Notes under the pieces: model-generated
Told to the model about the DNA's origin: nothing
Databases searched by the model: none
The model's input: the letters and a program-made list of their open reading frames with translations, nothing else
Shown: positions 43,656 through 54,089 of the stretch, piece after piece
Numbering within the stretch: position 1 is the first letter of the stretch
Layout of the letters: each line of letters opens with the position of its first letter
Program-made: the position numbers and the translations under genes
Assembly (NCBI GenBank): GCA_052145115.1
Contig: JBKQPG010000044.1
Span: 2,225 to 66,224 of the forward strand
Origin: Bryobacteraceae bacterium
GTDB taxonomy: Bacteria > Acidobacteriota > Terriglobia > Bryobacterales > Bryobacteraceae
DNA length: 64,000 nt
Direction: 5' to 3'

Positions 43656-46600
43656 TCAGGCCTGCAACACTTCGCGCACTTTGGCCGCCAAGGCGGCGGG
43701 GGTGAAGGGTTTGTCCAGGTGGTGGAAGTTGTCGCCCGCCAGGGGTTCCTCCAACTGGGCGCCGGCGGCATAGCCGGAGACGTACAGGACCTTCACCGCC
43801 GGGCGCTGAGCCCGCAGCTCGCGGGCCAATTGCGGCCCCGTCATGCCGGGCATCAAAACGTCTGAAACGAGTATCTCGATGGCGCCGGAATGGGCGGCGG
43901 CGACGGCCAACGCCTCGGCCCCGCTGGCGGCTTCCAGCACCGTGTAGCCGTGGCCCCGCAGAATCGTTGCGCAGAGCTCGCGCACCTGCGGCTGATCCTC
44001 CACCAGCAGCGCCGTCTCGCGTCCGGCCGAGGCGACATGCATGGGCGCGGCTTCCGGTTCCGGCGCTGCCGTGCCCGTCGCGCGCGGCAGGAAGATGCGG
44101 AAGCAGGCGCCGGCTCCGGGCGCGCTCTGCACTTCGATCCAGCCGTTGCTCTGATGGACGATGGCGTACACCGTGGAGAGGCCGAGTCCCGTGCCCACGG
44201 TCTGGGGCTTAGTGGTGAAAAACGGCTCGAAGACGTGGCGCAGGGTGTCGGCGTCCATGCCGACCCCGGTATCGGAAACGGCCAGGCGGACGAAATCGCC
44301 GGGCCGCGCCCCGACGTTGCGCGCCGCCTGCGCCGCATCGACCTGCAGGTTGCGGGTTTCGATGGTCAGCCGCCCCCCGGCGCCCATGGCGTCCCGCGCG
44401 TTGACCGCCAAGTTCATCAGGATTTGCAAGATCTGCGTCGGGTCGGCCAGGACGTCGCCCAGCCGCGGGTCGAGCACGGTTTCAAATTCGACAGATTCGC
44501 CGATCAGGCGCTCGAGCATCCGGCGCGACTCCAGCACCAGGTGGTTCAGGTTGATCTGTTTCGGCTCGATCACGCGTTTGCGGCTGAAGGCGAGCAACTG
44601 CCGGACCAACTCCGCCGCCTGCTGGCCCGCCGTCCGGATGCTGGCCACCTCGGCCCGCATCGGGTCGCCGGCCGGCAGCGCCGAGAGCAGCATCTCGCAG
44701 TAGCCGTTGATGACGGTCAGATGGTTGTTGAAGTCGTGGGCCACGCCTCCGGCGAGGCGGCCCACGCTCTCCATTTTCTGCGCCTGGAGGAACTGCAGTT
44801 CCAGCCGGGCCCGCTCTTCCTCGGCCTGCTTGCGCTGCGTGATGTCCATGAAAAAGACCAGACGTGCGGCCTGCCCATCCATCTCGACCGGCACGGCGGA
44901 GACCTCCACGTCAAACGTCGTCGCATCCAGCCGTACATAGCGCTCCTCCATGGTCGGAGAAGAAGTGTCCGGGCCGTAGCCCGCGCGCTCCCGGACAGCC
45001 TCGTGGCAGTCGGGATGGATCAAGCTGTAAATCGGCTGGCCCACGACGTCGTCCAGGGAAGACGCCCGGAACATGCGCAGCCCGGCGGGGCTCATGTAGA
45101 CCACGCGCGCTTCGACGTGGACCAGGATGCCCACGGGCAGGCTCTCCACCAACTGGCGGAAACGCTTCTCGCTGACGCGCAGCGCCTCCTCGGCCTGCTT
45201 GCGTTTGCGCTCCTCCTCCAGCCGTCCCACGGCGTAGGAGATGTCGGCCGCCATCTCCTCGACCAGCGCGACCTCCTTGGCGTCGAAGAAGTGCGGTTCG
45301 GCCGCGAAAATCGCCAGGACCCCAACCACGGCTCCCTCCCCGCTGAGCGGCACGCAGACCACCGAACGCAGCCCGAACGAGCAGGCCCGAACTTGCCACG
45401 GCGTGCGATCGGGATCCGTAGCCAGGTCGTCGACGACGCTCACGCGTCCGGTGAGGAAGGCCCGGGCGGTGGGATGATCGGCCGGCGCGCCTGGTTCGGC
45501 GGAGAGCGGCAGGGGGCTCGGTGAGTATTCAGAAACTTTCGCGCAGGCCACCGGGCAGAGGAAGGTCCGGGCCTCGTCCGGCAGGCCGATCACGACCAGA
45601 CTGAAACCGCCCTCCTCCACGCCGATCCGGCACACGCTGTCGAAAACCTCCTGTTGCGTGGCGGCCTTGGCGATCGCCTGGTTGTTTGCGCTGAGCACAG
45701 CGTAAAGGCGGTTGGCGTTTTCCAGTTGCATGCGCTGCCAGTTGCGCTCGGTGATGTCGCGGACGATCACCTGGTAATATGTTCTGCTATCCACTACGAT
45801 CGGGCGGACGTTGGTTTCGACCGGAAAGACCGACCCGTCCTTGCGCGCCTGTTGCGTCTCGAACAGCAGCGCCGATTCCGACCGCACCCGCCGCCACTGT
45901 TCCTGGAACGCAGCGCGCCCTTCCGCGCTGCGCAACGCCGCCATATGCAGGTCCAATAACTCGTCGCGGGAGTAACCGTACATCTCCAGCGCCCTTTCGT
46001 TGGTCTCCAGAATCCGGCTGTCCTCATCCACAAGCAGGATCGCGTCCAGGGCCGAGCGGCTGAGGTAGTTGTAGTGACTCGCGAGCACCTCCTTTTCCAA
46101 CTCGGCTTTGTGCCGCGTCTCCAGGAATCGCAGATGCTGCAGCCTCCACAGAGAGGCGACGCCCAGGCCGGCCGCCCCGATCAGCAGCAGGATGACGATC
46201 ACAATCGGAATGGCGCGCTGGCGGATCGGCCCTTCAATGCGCGCCAGGGGAATCCTGGAAATCAGCAGCCACTCGGACTCGGGCAGAGCGCGCACGACGG
46301 CCATGATCGGCCGCCCCATTGGGTCCACTCCCGACACCAGTCCTCGCTGCCCCAGAATGGCTTTGACGGCGACGACTTTGGTACGGCTCAGCGGAATGTG
46401 CAGCAGCTGGCGGGCGACTCCTTTTTCCGCCAGCCAGCCCAGCAGCAGGGCTTCGTCACCTGCGCGGCGAACCAGCACCGTCTCCCCTGCGCTGACGGGC
46501 CCGAGTGGCCGGTCCAGAATGGGGAAAAAAGTCCGGTCGGGATCGATCCCCAAGGAGAAAACACCGAAGGGTTCGCCCTCCGCCTTGAGCCGCAGCGGAA

Positions 46601-47138
46601 CGTTCAAGCCCAGGTGGAGCTTGCCGCCGCGGCTGTCCGCGTGCAAATCGCGCAGCAAGGCGAGTTTGGCGCCCATGGCCTGCTCCACCATCTCGCGGAA
46701 TTGCGTCGCGTCGCTGTACGCACCGCCGGTGTGTGCCATCAGTTTTGCATGGCGGTCGAACAAAAATGCGCTGGCATAGCGCGAACCTGCGCACAGCGTC
46801 TCCATCCAATGCACAACCGCCTGTTTCTGTTGCGGCGCAGCCCGGCCCTGGGCGACCGCGCGCAGGGCGTTCATCATGGGCCTGTTGGCGTTGACGATTC
46901 TGGCGTCCTCGAAGCGCTCATCCGACCACGTCTGAAGCTGGCTCAGCTTCAGGTCCGCCACGCTGGTCAGCTGGTCGCGAACCTGCCGCTCCGCGGCCTC
47001 GCGCATCTGCCGGTAGGTGAAATAGCCCGCCACGCAGACGGCCGCGGCCGTCGCCAGGAAGATCGCCAGCATCCAGCGGGAGATGCGCTGGTAATACGAA
47101 TCCGAGGGCATGACATGCACCAGACGGACGGGATCCAA
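43656..47138 (-). CDS. Hybrid sensor histidine kinase/response regulator (periplasmic sensor, PAS-GAF-PAS, HisKA, HATPase, REC)
   Basis: Two TM segments bracket a roughly 270-aa outer domain. H-box [13 protein letters not shown] boxes ([22 protein letters not shown]). C-terminal REC LLVEDQP...[11 protein letters not shown]. Confidence 0.9.
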   Translation of the reverse strand: MDPVRLVHVMPSDSYYQRISRWMLAIFLATAAAVCVAGYFTYRQMREAAERQVRDQLTSVADLKLSQLQTWSDERFEDARIVNANRPMMNALRAVAQGRAAPQQKQAVVHWMETLCAGSRYASAFLFDRHAKLMAHTGGAYSDATQFREMVEQAMGAKLALLRDLHADSRGGKLHLGLNVPLRLKAEGEPFGVFSLGIDPDRTFFPILDRPLGPVSAGETVLVRRAGDEALLLGWLAEKGVARQLLHIPLSRTKVVAVKAILGQRGLVSGVDPMGRPIMAVVRALPESEWLLISRIPLARIEGPIRQRAIPIVIVILLLIGAAGLGVASLWRLQHLRFLETRHKAELEKEVLASHYNYLSRSALDAILLVDEDSRILETNERALEMYGYSRDELLDLHMAALRSAEGRAAFQEQWRRVRSESALLFETQQARKDGSVFPVETNVRPIVVDSRTYYQVIVRDITERNWQRMQLENANRLYAVLSANNQAIAKAATQQEVFDSVCRIGVEEGGFSLVVIGLPDEARTFLCPVACAKVSEYSPSPLPLSAEPGAPADHPTARAFLTGRVSVVDDLATDPDRTPWQVRACSFGLRSVVCVPLSGEGAVVGVLAIFAAEPHFFDAKEVALVEEMAADISYAVGRLEEERKRKQAEEALRVSEKRFRQLVESLPVGILVHVEARVVYMSPAGLRMFRASSLDDVVGQPIYSLIHPDCHEAVRERAGYGPDTSSPTMEERYVRLDATTFDVEVSAVPVEMDGQAARLVFFMDITQRKQAEEERARLELQFLQAQKMESVGRLAGGVAHDFNNHLTVINGYCEMLLSALPAGDPMRAEVASIRTAGQQAAELVRQLLAFSRKRVIEPKQINLNHLVLESRRMLERLIGESVEFETVLDPRLGDVLADPTQILQILMNLAVNARDAMGAGGRLTIETRNLQVDAAQAARNVGARPGDFVRLAVSDTGVGMDADTLRHVFEPFFTTKPQTVGTGLGLSTVYAIVHQSNGWIEVQSAPGAGACFRIFLPRATGTAAPEPEAAPMHVASAGRETALLVEDQPQVRELCATILRGHGYTVLEAASGAEALAVAAAHSGAIEILVSDVLMPGMTGPQLARELRAQRPAVKVLYVSGYAAGAQLEEPLAGDNFHHLDKPFTPAALAAKVREVLQA

Positions 47139-47323
47139 CCCGCCGGCGGAACTGCGACAGGCCTCAGTCCGCGCGTACCGGCGTGGCAGGCGTCACTGCG
47201 AGTATACATGGGCGCGTGGGTAAAATCAGTCAGTCCATCCGCTGTAGTTCGACTCCGAGCAGTCTTCCATAGTGGATGCGATCCGCCCCGAGCGCCGGCA
47301 GGAATGAGAGCCGGTGTTCCGGA

Positions 47324-48073
47324 CTAAAACACCTTCCGTAATCCCTGGCCGGCCAGCAGAAGGCCCAGCAGGACGGCCCAACACAATACGATGATGCGCA
47401 GCGGGCGCGACGGAACCCGCCCGGCGAGAAACGCCCCGGCCAGCGCTCCCACGACACCACCCGACAACAGCCGGATCAGCACGGCCTGGTCCCAATTGCC
47501 CCCTGCCAGATGCACTCCCCCGGCGCACGCCGAGACCGCCAGCCCAAACATCAGATCCGTGCCCACCACCTGCGCCGGCTCGAGATTGGTCAGGTGAAAC
47601 AGCACCACCGTGCCCAGCGCGCCCGCTCCGGCCGAGGAGAACCCGACTTCCAGACCGATCGGAAAGCTGAACAGCGGCAGGATCGGGGAACGATCCCGGC
47701 GATGCTCGCTGCCGTTCCAGGCGCGCAGCAGCCCGAAGGCCGCGGTCACCATGACGGTGGCGCCGACAATCGCCAGCACCCACGGCTGCGTCCCTCCCAC
47801 CGCCAACTTGCGCAGCAGCAGCGGCCCGATCAGCGCGCCCGGCACGCCGCCCGCCAGCAGCAACGCAAGCGTCCTCCCGTGCACCTTCCGCCGCGCGGTG
47901 AACAGGCCCGCCGACAGGATTTTCACGCACGACGAGAACAGCAGCGCCGTGCCCACGCTGGGCCCCGGCGGCATGCCGAAAAACAGCATCAGCAGCGGCG
48001 CGGTGAGCACGCCGCCGCCCACTCCCGTGATGCCGATGGCCAGTCCTATGAAGAGACCGACGAGGGTCAGCAT
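47324..48073 (-). CDS. TauE/SafE-family sulfite/anion exporter membrane protein
   Basis: GITGVGGGVLTAPLLMLFFG N-terminal motif, repeated in the second half. 249 aa polytopic. Confidence 0.8.
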   Translation of the reverse strand: MLTLVGLFIGLAIGITGVGGGVLTAPLLMLFFGMPPGPSVGTALLFSSCVKILSAGLFTARRKVHGRTLALLLAGGVPGALIGPLLLRKLAVGGTQPWVLAIVGATVMVTAAFGLLRAWNGSEHRRDRSPILPLFSFPIGLEVGFSSAGAGALGTVVLFHLTNLEPAQVVGTDLMFGLAVSACAGGVHLAGGNWDQAVLIRLLSGGVVGALAGAFLAGRVPSRPLRIIVLCWAVLLGLLLAGQGLRKVF

Positions 48074-48310
48074 GCACGCACCGCGGCCACTTCAGAGACT
48101 GGGATGGTCAGTGCGCTCGGGCAGCGTGGTGACAACAGGTAATCCGCGACTAACCTCACGTTGCTCCTACTTTATCGGACTTTGCCCGGCCTGCAGGGGA
48201 CCCCGCGGGCCCCGCGATTCGACCATGCCGGGCAGCGGGTGCTCGAAGGGAAAGACAACCGCGCGCGGCTCGGTTTCACGCCTGAACAGCCCAGCATAAA
48301 CTAAAAGCTT

Positions 48311-49441
48311 ATGACCTCTCCGTCATCCGTGATCCGTCCGCCCGCCCGGCTGCTGCTGGGCCCCGGCCCCTCGCCGCTCCATCCGCGCATTTATGCCGCG
48401 CTGAGCCAGCCCATCGTCGGCCATCTCGACCCCTACCTGTTCGAAGTCTTCGACCACATCCGGGGCGGGCTGCAACTGTGCTGGGGCACACGCAACGAGT
48501 TCACCCACGTGATCCCCGGCACCGGTCACGCCGGCATGGAGGCCGCGGTGATCAACTTCGTCGCGCCCGGGGCGCGCTTCGCCGTCTTTGTCAACGGCAT
48601 GTTCGGCGAACGCCTGTGCGAGATGGGCCGCCGCCGCGGCGCACAGCTATTACGCTTCGACAAGCCCTGGGGCGAGGTTTTTTCAGATCAGGAGGCCGCC
48701 GATTTCATAACGCGGGAGCGGCCCGACGTGGCGGCGTTCGTCCATGCCGAGACCTCCACCGGCGCCCTTCAGGACGGCCGCGCCATCGCCCAGGCGGCGC
48801 GCAAAATCGGCGCGCTGACCATCGCCGACTGCGTCGCCAGCCTGGGCGGCATGCCCCTCGAGCTCGACGCCATGGGCGTCGATGTGGCCTACAGCGGCAC
48901 CCAGAAGGCCCTCGGCGCGCCTCCCGGCCTGGCGCCCATCACCTGCTCGCCGCGCGCAGTGGAACGGCTCCGCGCGCGCCCGGCGCCCGTGCCCTATTAC
49001 CTTGATCTGCGGCTCCTCGCCGATTACTATGAGCCGTCGCGGCGCTACCATCACACGCCGCCGGTCCCATTGTTTTACGCTTTGCGCGAGGCGCTGGCCA
49101 TCATCGAGGAAGAGGGTCTCGACAACCGTTTCGCGCGCCACCAGGCCAATCACGAAGCCTGCGCAGCGGGTCTTGAAAAGCTGGGCCTGAGGTTGTTCGT
49201 CGCCCAGCCCCATCGCCTGTGGACGGTGATCGCACCGCGCGTGCCCGCCGGTGTCGACGATGCGCTGCTGCGCCGCAGCCTGTTCCAGAATCACGGCATC
49301 GACATCGCCGGCGGCATCGGAATCCTCGCCGGCCAGATCCTGCGCATCGGCACGATGGGCTACGGCTCGTCGGCGGACAATATAAAGCTGCTGCTGGCCG
49401 CGCTGGAAGAAGCCCTGCACGAGCAAGGCTATCGAGCCTGA
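48311..49441 (+). CDS. Class V aminotransferase (alanine-glyoxylate/serine-pyruvate type)
   Basis: LLLGPGPSPLHPRI, VHAETSTG, and SGTQKALGAPPGLAPI (PLP lysine). Confidence 0.85.
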   Translation: MTSPSSVIRPPARLLLGPGPSPLHPRIYAALSQPIVGHLDPYLFEVFDHIRGGLQLCWGTRNEFTHVIPGTGHAGMEAAVINFVAPGARFAVFVNGMFGERLCEMGRRRGAQLLRFDKPWGEVFSDQEAADFITRERPDVAAFVHAETSTGALQDGRAIAQAARKIGALTIADCVASLGGMPLELDAMGVDVAYSGTQKALGAPPGLAPITCSPRAVERLRARPAPVPYYLDLRLLADYYEPSRRYHHTPPVPLFYALREALAIIEEEGLDNRFARHQANHEACAAGLEKLGLRLFVAQPHRLWTVIAPRVPAGVDDALLRRSLFQNHGIDIAGGIGILAGQILRIGTMGYGSSADNIKLLLAALEEALHEQGYRA

Positions 49442-49458
49442 GCGCCGGGCCCGCGCGC

Positions 49459-51975
49459 TCACTCCACCTGGCGGTACACCAGGTTCACCACCCCCGGCCG
49501 CTCGCGGATTGTCACCGCGAGTCCCGGGTCCATCATCTCGCGGCCGGTGTGCCACGTCTCCTTTTGAGAATCGAGGTCGCGCACGGCGTAGCGCGAGGAC
49601 GGATCCAGCCCGCGCAGCCGGAATTGCGCCGTTTCAAACGGGCTCTCCGGCCGCCGGAAGGCCTGCACCATGCCCCTCTTCTCAACGGGCGAGTCGAACT
49701 GCCACGCCAGCCACGCTGACTGCTCGGTGCTGTACGGCGTCAGCGGATAATAGTCGCCGTAATACAGTTGCGCCACTTCGCGCCACTGCCCCAGCAGACG
49801 CTGGATCCGGGCCGAGTCCGTCTCCACCCGTTCCACGTCCAGGCCGATGCCCACCGCCGGCGTCATCTGGCTCCAGAAGATGTACGGGTCCAGCGAATTG
49901 AAGCCAGTGCCGAAATACGGCACCCACATCGCCAGACCGTAAGTGAACTGCTGCATCGACGCCGGCACGTAGGCGAAATCGCTGCGCCACAGCGGTACCG
50001 CGCGGCGCAGCGTCTCCAAGTCCAGCCGCCGCCCGCCCGAGGCGCAGGTGTCGATCAGCATCTTCGGGAAGCGCCGCCGCAGCTCGTCCCAATACGCCAA
50101 GTACCCCATCACGTGTTGCATCTCCGTGATGCCCTGCCGGTCCACGGCGTCGTGAGCGCGCCACAGTCCCAGGGGCTCGAAATTGAAGTCCTGCCGGTAC
50201 AGGTCGATGCCCTGCTGGGCGATGATTTTGCTGACGTGCTCCGTTAGCCACTGCCGCGCCTGCGGGTTGCCCAGGAACAGCAGCTTGTCGTGATCCTCCT
50301 GGCCGATCAGCCACTCCGGGTGCTGCTCCCACAGCCATGAGCCCTTGGTCACGCGCTCCGGCTCGAACCATACAATCGTCTTCACGCCGCCCTGGTGCGC
50401 GGCCGCCGAAATGGGCGTGAATCCGTGCGGGAAGCGGCCTGGATCGGGATCCCACGTGCCCGTGTTCCACCAGCCTTTTTGGAATGCGTACCAGCCCGCG
50501 TCCATCCACCAGTAGTCGATCTTGACGCCGGTCTTGAGCATGCGCGCCAGGTAGTCCAACTGGTTCTCTTCGGTGGCGTCCTGCATCTCGATGGTCTCGC
50601 GGCCCGTGCCCCCGGCGATCTGCGGCGGCGGCAGCCGGCCGCCCGGCCGCGGCAGATTGTCGGCGATCATCCAGCGCCGCCACACGTTCTGCGCGGCCGT
50701 CCAGTCGCCCTCCCAAAATTGCAGCGCCACCAGCGGCGTGCGCACTTCTTCGCCCGCGAGCAGCCGGAAATGCGTCAGCTCCTGCCCCGCCGTCACCCGC
50801 ACGCCGCGCTGTTTATCGCGCGCAAACTGGGCCGCCCACTGCCCCGGCCAGCCCAAACCGATAATGATTCCCTGCCCCGGCCATTCCAGATTGAAGTAGC
50901 ACATCGGGCCGTCGGTCGGCCGCCCGCCCACGGAGGCCAGCCGCTGCGACTGGCCCGCCCCAAGCACCGTCGTCAGCGGCTGGAAATCGGTTGGCGAATA
51001 CGGGCTGCCCGTAGAGTGATGCAACACGAACTCGCCCTGCCCGCCGCGTTCGAACTGCGTATCCAAAGCCTGCAGATTCTCAATGATCGGCGTCGGCACG
51101 GCGGATGTGTTCTTCAGATACACGGTCCACTCGACCACCGGAAAATCCGAGTACTCGACGGCCACCGCGCGTACCACCAGGCCGGTCTGCGGATCCGTGT
51201 AAGTCGCAACGTGCTCGCTGCGATTCGGGCCCAACGGCCGCGTCGTGCGCTCTATGGGCCAGTCCTTCAAAAACTCCGCCGACTCGCGCCCGTCGTAGCG
51301 GAACAAGAACGGCGCCGCGGTGGTGTACGCCCCGGCCAGCGGCCCCTGTTGCAAATCCGCCAGCCACAACCTGGTCCCGTCCTGGAGCGTCACCCGCGCC
51401 TCGGCCCAATCCGCCTGGTCCCACTCGCCCTGCCACGTCAACCCGTGCTGCCCCACTGCCTCCAGCTTCAGCTTGAATTCGCGCGCGCCGTGCAGCTCCA
51501 CCGCCACCGGCACGCCCTTAAGCCCCTCGTGCAGCACCGGCGAGCGGAACAGCTCCTGCCCATCCGTCTCCACCGTCGCCACCACGCTGCCCCGGCCGCC
51601 ATTCGAGTAATACCCCAGGTCGTTGCCGTCGACGCCCGCCACGGCCTCGAAACGCGCCGCCGGCGCGGGCAGGATCACGCTCACCTCGCCCGGAGACGGC
51701 ATCGCCACACCGCGCTCGTATTTCGTCCCGGCGATGGAGAATGCGCGGTCCTTGATGCGGTTGCGCTCCAGAGTCCCGCTGCGCAGTTGCACCAGCAGGT
51801 GCGCCGGCGCAACGCCCGCATCCGCCTGGGCCAGGAATTTCGCGTTGGTCCAGCGCCGCGCGTTGTCGGCCGGCCCGGCCCCAGCCAGCACGCCGGCCAG
51901 CACCAGCGTCAGCCCGGCGAGTCTTGGGAATAAGGTGTTACGAGTGCTCATAAGCTGGCCGGAAGTATATCTCAA
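49459..51975 (-). CDS. Secreted glycoside hydrolase, alpha-galactosidase-like (GH36/clan D) with an N-terminal NPCBM-like domain
   Basis: NPCBM-like segment (FSIAGTKYERGV...VAGVDGND...FKLKLEAVG). Catalytic part has IDYWWMDAGWY and CASGGRRLDLE. Confidence 0.7.
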   Translation of the reverse strand: MRYTSGQLMSTRNTLFPRLAGLTLVLAGVLAGAGPADNARRWTNAKFLAQADAGVAPAHLLVQLRSGTLERNRIKDRAFSIAGTKYERGVAMPSPGEVSVILPAPAARFEAVAGVDGNDLGYYSNGGRGSVVATVETDGQELFRSPVLHEGLKGVPVAVELHGAREFKLKLEAVGQHGLTWQGEWDQADWAEARVTLQDGTRLWLADLQQGPLAGAYTTAAPFLFRYDGRESAEFLKDWPIERTTRPLGPNRSEHVATYTDPQTGLVVRAVAVEYSDFPVVEWTVYLKNTSAVPTPIIENLQALDTQFERGGQGEFVLHHSTGSPYSPTDFQPLTTVLGAGQSQRLASVGGRPTDGPMCYFNLEWPGQGIIIGLGWPGQWAAQFARDKQRGVRVTAGQELTHFRLLAGEEVRTPLVALQFWEGDWTAAQNVWRRWMIADNLPRPGGRLPPPQIAGGTGRETIEMQDATEENQLDYLARMLKTGVKIDYWWMDAGWYAFQKGWWNTGTWDPDPGRFPHGFTPISAAAHQGGVKTIVWFEPERVTKGSWLWEQHPEWLIGQEDHDKLLFLGNPQARQWLTEHVSKIIAQQGIDLYRQDFNFEPLGLWRAHDAVDRQGITEMQHVMGYLAYWDELRRRFPKMLIDTCASGGRRLDLETLRRAVPLWRSDFAYVPASMQQFTYGLAMWVPYFGTGFNSLDPYIFWSQMTPAVGIGLDVERVETDSARIQRLLGQWREVAQLYYGDYYPLTPYSTEQSAWLAWQFDSPVEKRGMVQAFRRPESPFETAQFRLRGLDPSSRYAVRDLDSQKETWHTGREMMDPGLAVTIRERPGVVNLVYRQVE

Positions 51976-52184
51976 CTCACTCCGCTCCAGCGTTCATCCA
52001 GGTCGCCTTATCGCAACGGCAGGTTCAGTTGCACGATCGCCGCGGCGTCGTGCCGATCCCAGCCAGCCTTCATCAGGCCCGAAGCCGAGTGCGCCTGCGG
52101 CTAGCGTCGGGAAATGTGCCACCACGCTGGGGTGCTGTTCCCTTGCGCGGCGGCATCCGATAATGTGAGTAGTGAGCCCACGCC

Positions 52185-53096
52185 ATGTTGCGGCATGTCT
52201 TCATCCATCTTTCTGAACACCGGCGGCTGCGGAGGTGGATGGAAACTTCGCGCCTCACCGAGAGCCTGACGCGGCGCTTCGTCGCCGGGCAGACGCTGGA
52301 TGCTGCCATGAAGGTCTGCCGGAAGCTCCACGCCGAGCGGCTTTCGGCCACGATCGACCAGCTTGGCGAGAGCGTGACCACGACCGCTGAAGCGGCCCAG
52401 TTCCGCGCCGGCATCGAGGGGATCTACCACGCCATCGCGCAAACTGGACTGCCGCTGACGGTTTCCATCAAGCTCACACAGCTGGGCTTAAGTCTTTCCA
52501 CCGAGCTGTGCCGGGCCAACACGGCGATGCTGGCGAAAATCGCCGCCGACCAGGACAGCCGGCTGGAGATCGACATGGAGTCGAGCGAGTATGTGGACCG
52601 CACGCTGGCCATCGTCGAGGAGATAGACCAGCAGTACGGCCACGTGCGCTGCGTGCTACAGGCCTACCTCTATCGCAGTGAAGACGACCTGCGGCACATG
52701 AATCGCCTGGGCATCCCCGTCCGGCTGTGCAAGGGGGCCTACGACGAGCCGGCCGCGGTGGCCTTTCCCGAGAAGCGTGATGTTGACCGGAACTACTTGA
52801 AACTAAGCCGGTTGCTGATTGCGGAAGGGGCCTTCCCGGCGATTGCGACTCACGATCCGCAGATGATCGAGGGCACGCTCGCCGCGGTGCGCGAGACGGG
52901 CCGCAAAGCTGAAGATTTCGAGTTCCAGATGCTGTACGGCGTGCGCCGCGACCTGCAGGCCAGCCTGGCCGCGAGAGGGTACGGCGTGCGGCTGTACGTG
53001 CCTTTCGGCGACGCCTGGTACCCGTACTTCATGCGCCGCCTGGCCGAACGCCCGGCCAACGTGATCTTCCTGGCCAAAAACCTGCTGCGGGCCTAA
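52185..53096 (+). CDS. Monofunctional proline dehydrogenase
   Basis: IDQLGE, IKLTQLG, RLCKGAY, IATHD, FQMLYGVR, YVPFG..WYPYFMRRLAERPAN. Confidence 0.85.
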   Translation: MLRHVFIHLSEHRRLRRWMETSRLTESLTRRFVAGQTLDAAMKVCRKLHAERLSATIDQLGESVTTTAEAAQFRAGIEGIYHAIAQTGLPLTVSIKLTQLGLSLSTELCRANTAMLAKIAADQDSRLEIDMESSEYVDRTLAIVEEIDQQYGHVRCVLQAYLYRSEDDLRHMNRLGIPVRLCKGAYDEPAAVAFPEKRDVDRNYLKLSRLLIAEGAFPAIATHDPQMIEGTLAAVRETGRKAEDFEFQMLYGVRRDLQASLAARGYGVRLYVPFGDAWYPYFMRRLAERPANVIFLAKNLLRA

Positions 53097-53165
53097 GTTC
53101 CGAGGCTCTCGGAAAGCCTTGGAACTTCGCGCCCCGGCATCAGTCTAAACAAGTAGCGGAGGGCA

Positions 53166-53606
53166 ATGAAGTACTGGGCGTATTTGGTAGCAAAACTGGC
53201 GGCCGTGGTGCTGTTCATGCGCGCGGTGTGGGACGGCTTGGCGTGGCTGCTTCCCGAGCCGGAGCCGTTCCTGACCCATCGGCCTACGTGGTTCGGCCAG
53301 GACTTGGCCTGGACCTCATTGATTTTATTGTACTTTCTGTTCGGCATCGGCCTGGTGTATGTGGCCGTGTGGGACCAGCGGATGCGCTGCCGGACCTGCC
53401 TGCGGCGGCTCAGAATGCCGCTCGAAAAAGGCTCCTGGAGCCGGGCGACGCTGCTCAGCCCGCCGCAAAGGGAGTCGATCTGTCCTTACGGCCACGGAAC
53501 TTTAACGGAGCCCGAGGTGCATACCACCGGCCAGAAGGCGGCCGAATGGACCCCGCACGACGACGACATCTGGAAGGAATTGGAGAGCCTGGACAAGCGG
53601 AAATAG
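53166..53606 (+). CDS. Membrane protein with a C-terminal Cys4 zinc-ribbon, unknown function
   Basis: Two TM helices, then CRTC...CPYGHG. 146 aa. Confidence 0.55.
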   Translation: MKYWAYLVAKLAAVVLFMRAVWDGLAWLLPEPEPFLTHRPTWFGQDLAWTSLILLYFLFGIGLVYVAVWDQRMRCRTCLRRLRMPLEKGSWSRATLLSPPQRESICPYGHGTLTEPEVHTTGQKAAEWTPHDDDIWKELESLDKRK

Positions 53607-53759
53607 CCCTCTCGGCCGGGTCTCGATGAAATTCGGCTAAATTCGCATGAGTCCTTTAGAAAAGTGTAGATACACGGTGAAGTGCGGTTTTTGCCCAAAA
53701 AGCAGTGGTTTTTGCCACAAAGTCCTTTAGAAAACCATGATTACACAGCCTCGCAATAA

Positions 53760-53832
53760 CACGGTGTTTTCACGGTGGAGACGCGGTGTTTTCACGGTGA
53801 AATCGTGATCGGCGCACGGTGACTCCACGGTG
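53760..53832. repeat. Phased 11-bp iteron-like array of CACGGTG
   Basis: CACGGTG (or CGCGGTG) starts at 53760, 53771, 53782, 53793, 53815 and 53826, all on one 11-bp lattice. The lattice slot at 53804 is degenerate. An extra copy lies at 53673. Confidence 0.85.
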
Positions 53833-54089
53833 AAGCGGAGCGCGATTTCCACATTTTCACAGGCACGAAACCGAATGATAGATCGACCCTGGACCTCAAT
53901 CCCGAGGCGACTCCGTCCTTCCAGCCCGCCCCAATCCGAGTCCTGTCGAGCGGGCTTGGGCACTGAAAATGGGGGTTGGGTGCACTCCCTGTTTTGTTTT
54001 CTGTCTCGCGCCAGCGGCTGTGTTCAAGTGGCGTTTCGGGACAACTGGCCAACAGGTCAGAGGCCCAGGCTTATCCACAAGTCACAGAA

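Noticed and set aside
48074-48310. Possible glycine or other riboswitch upstream of the class V aminotransferase
   Set aside because: Only a vague resemblance (CTCGAAGGGAAAGACAA) to the ACCGAAGGGGCAA core. There is no tandem aptamer architecture and no GGAGAG elements.
53650-53750. CRISPR-like look of two roughly 28-nt repeats spaced 71 nt apart
   Set aside because: There are only two copies, they are imperfect (about 70% identity in the second half), and no cas genes are nearby. It is treated as part of a general repeat-rich intergenic region.
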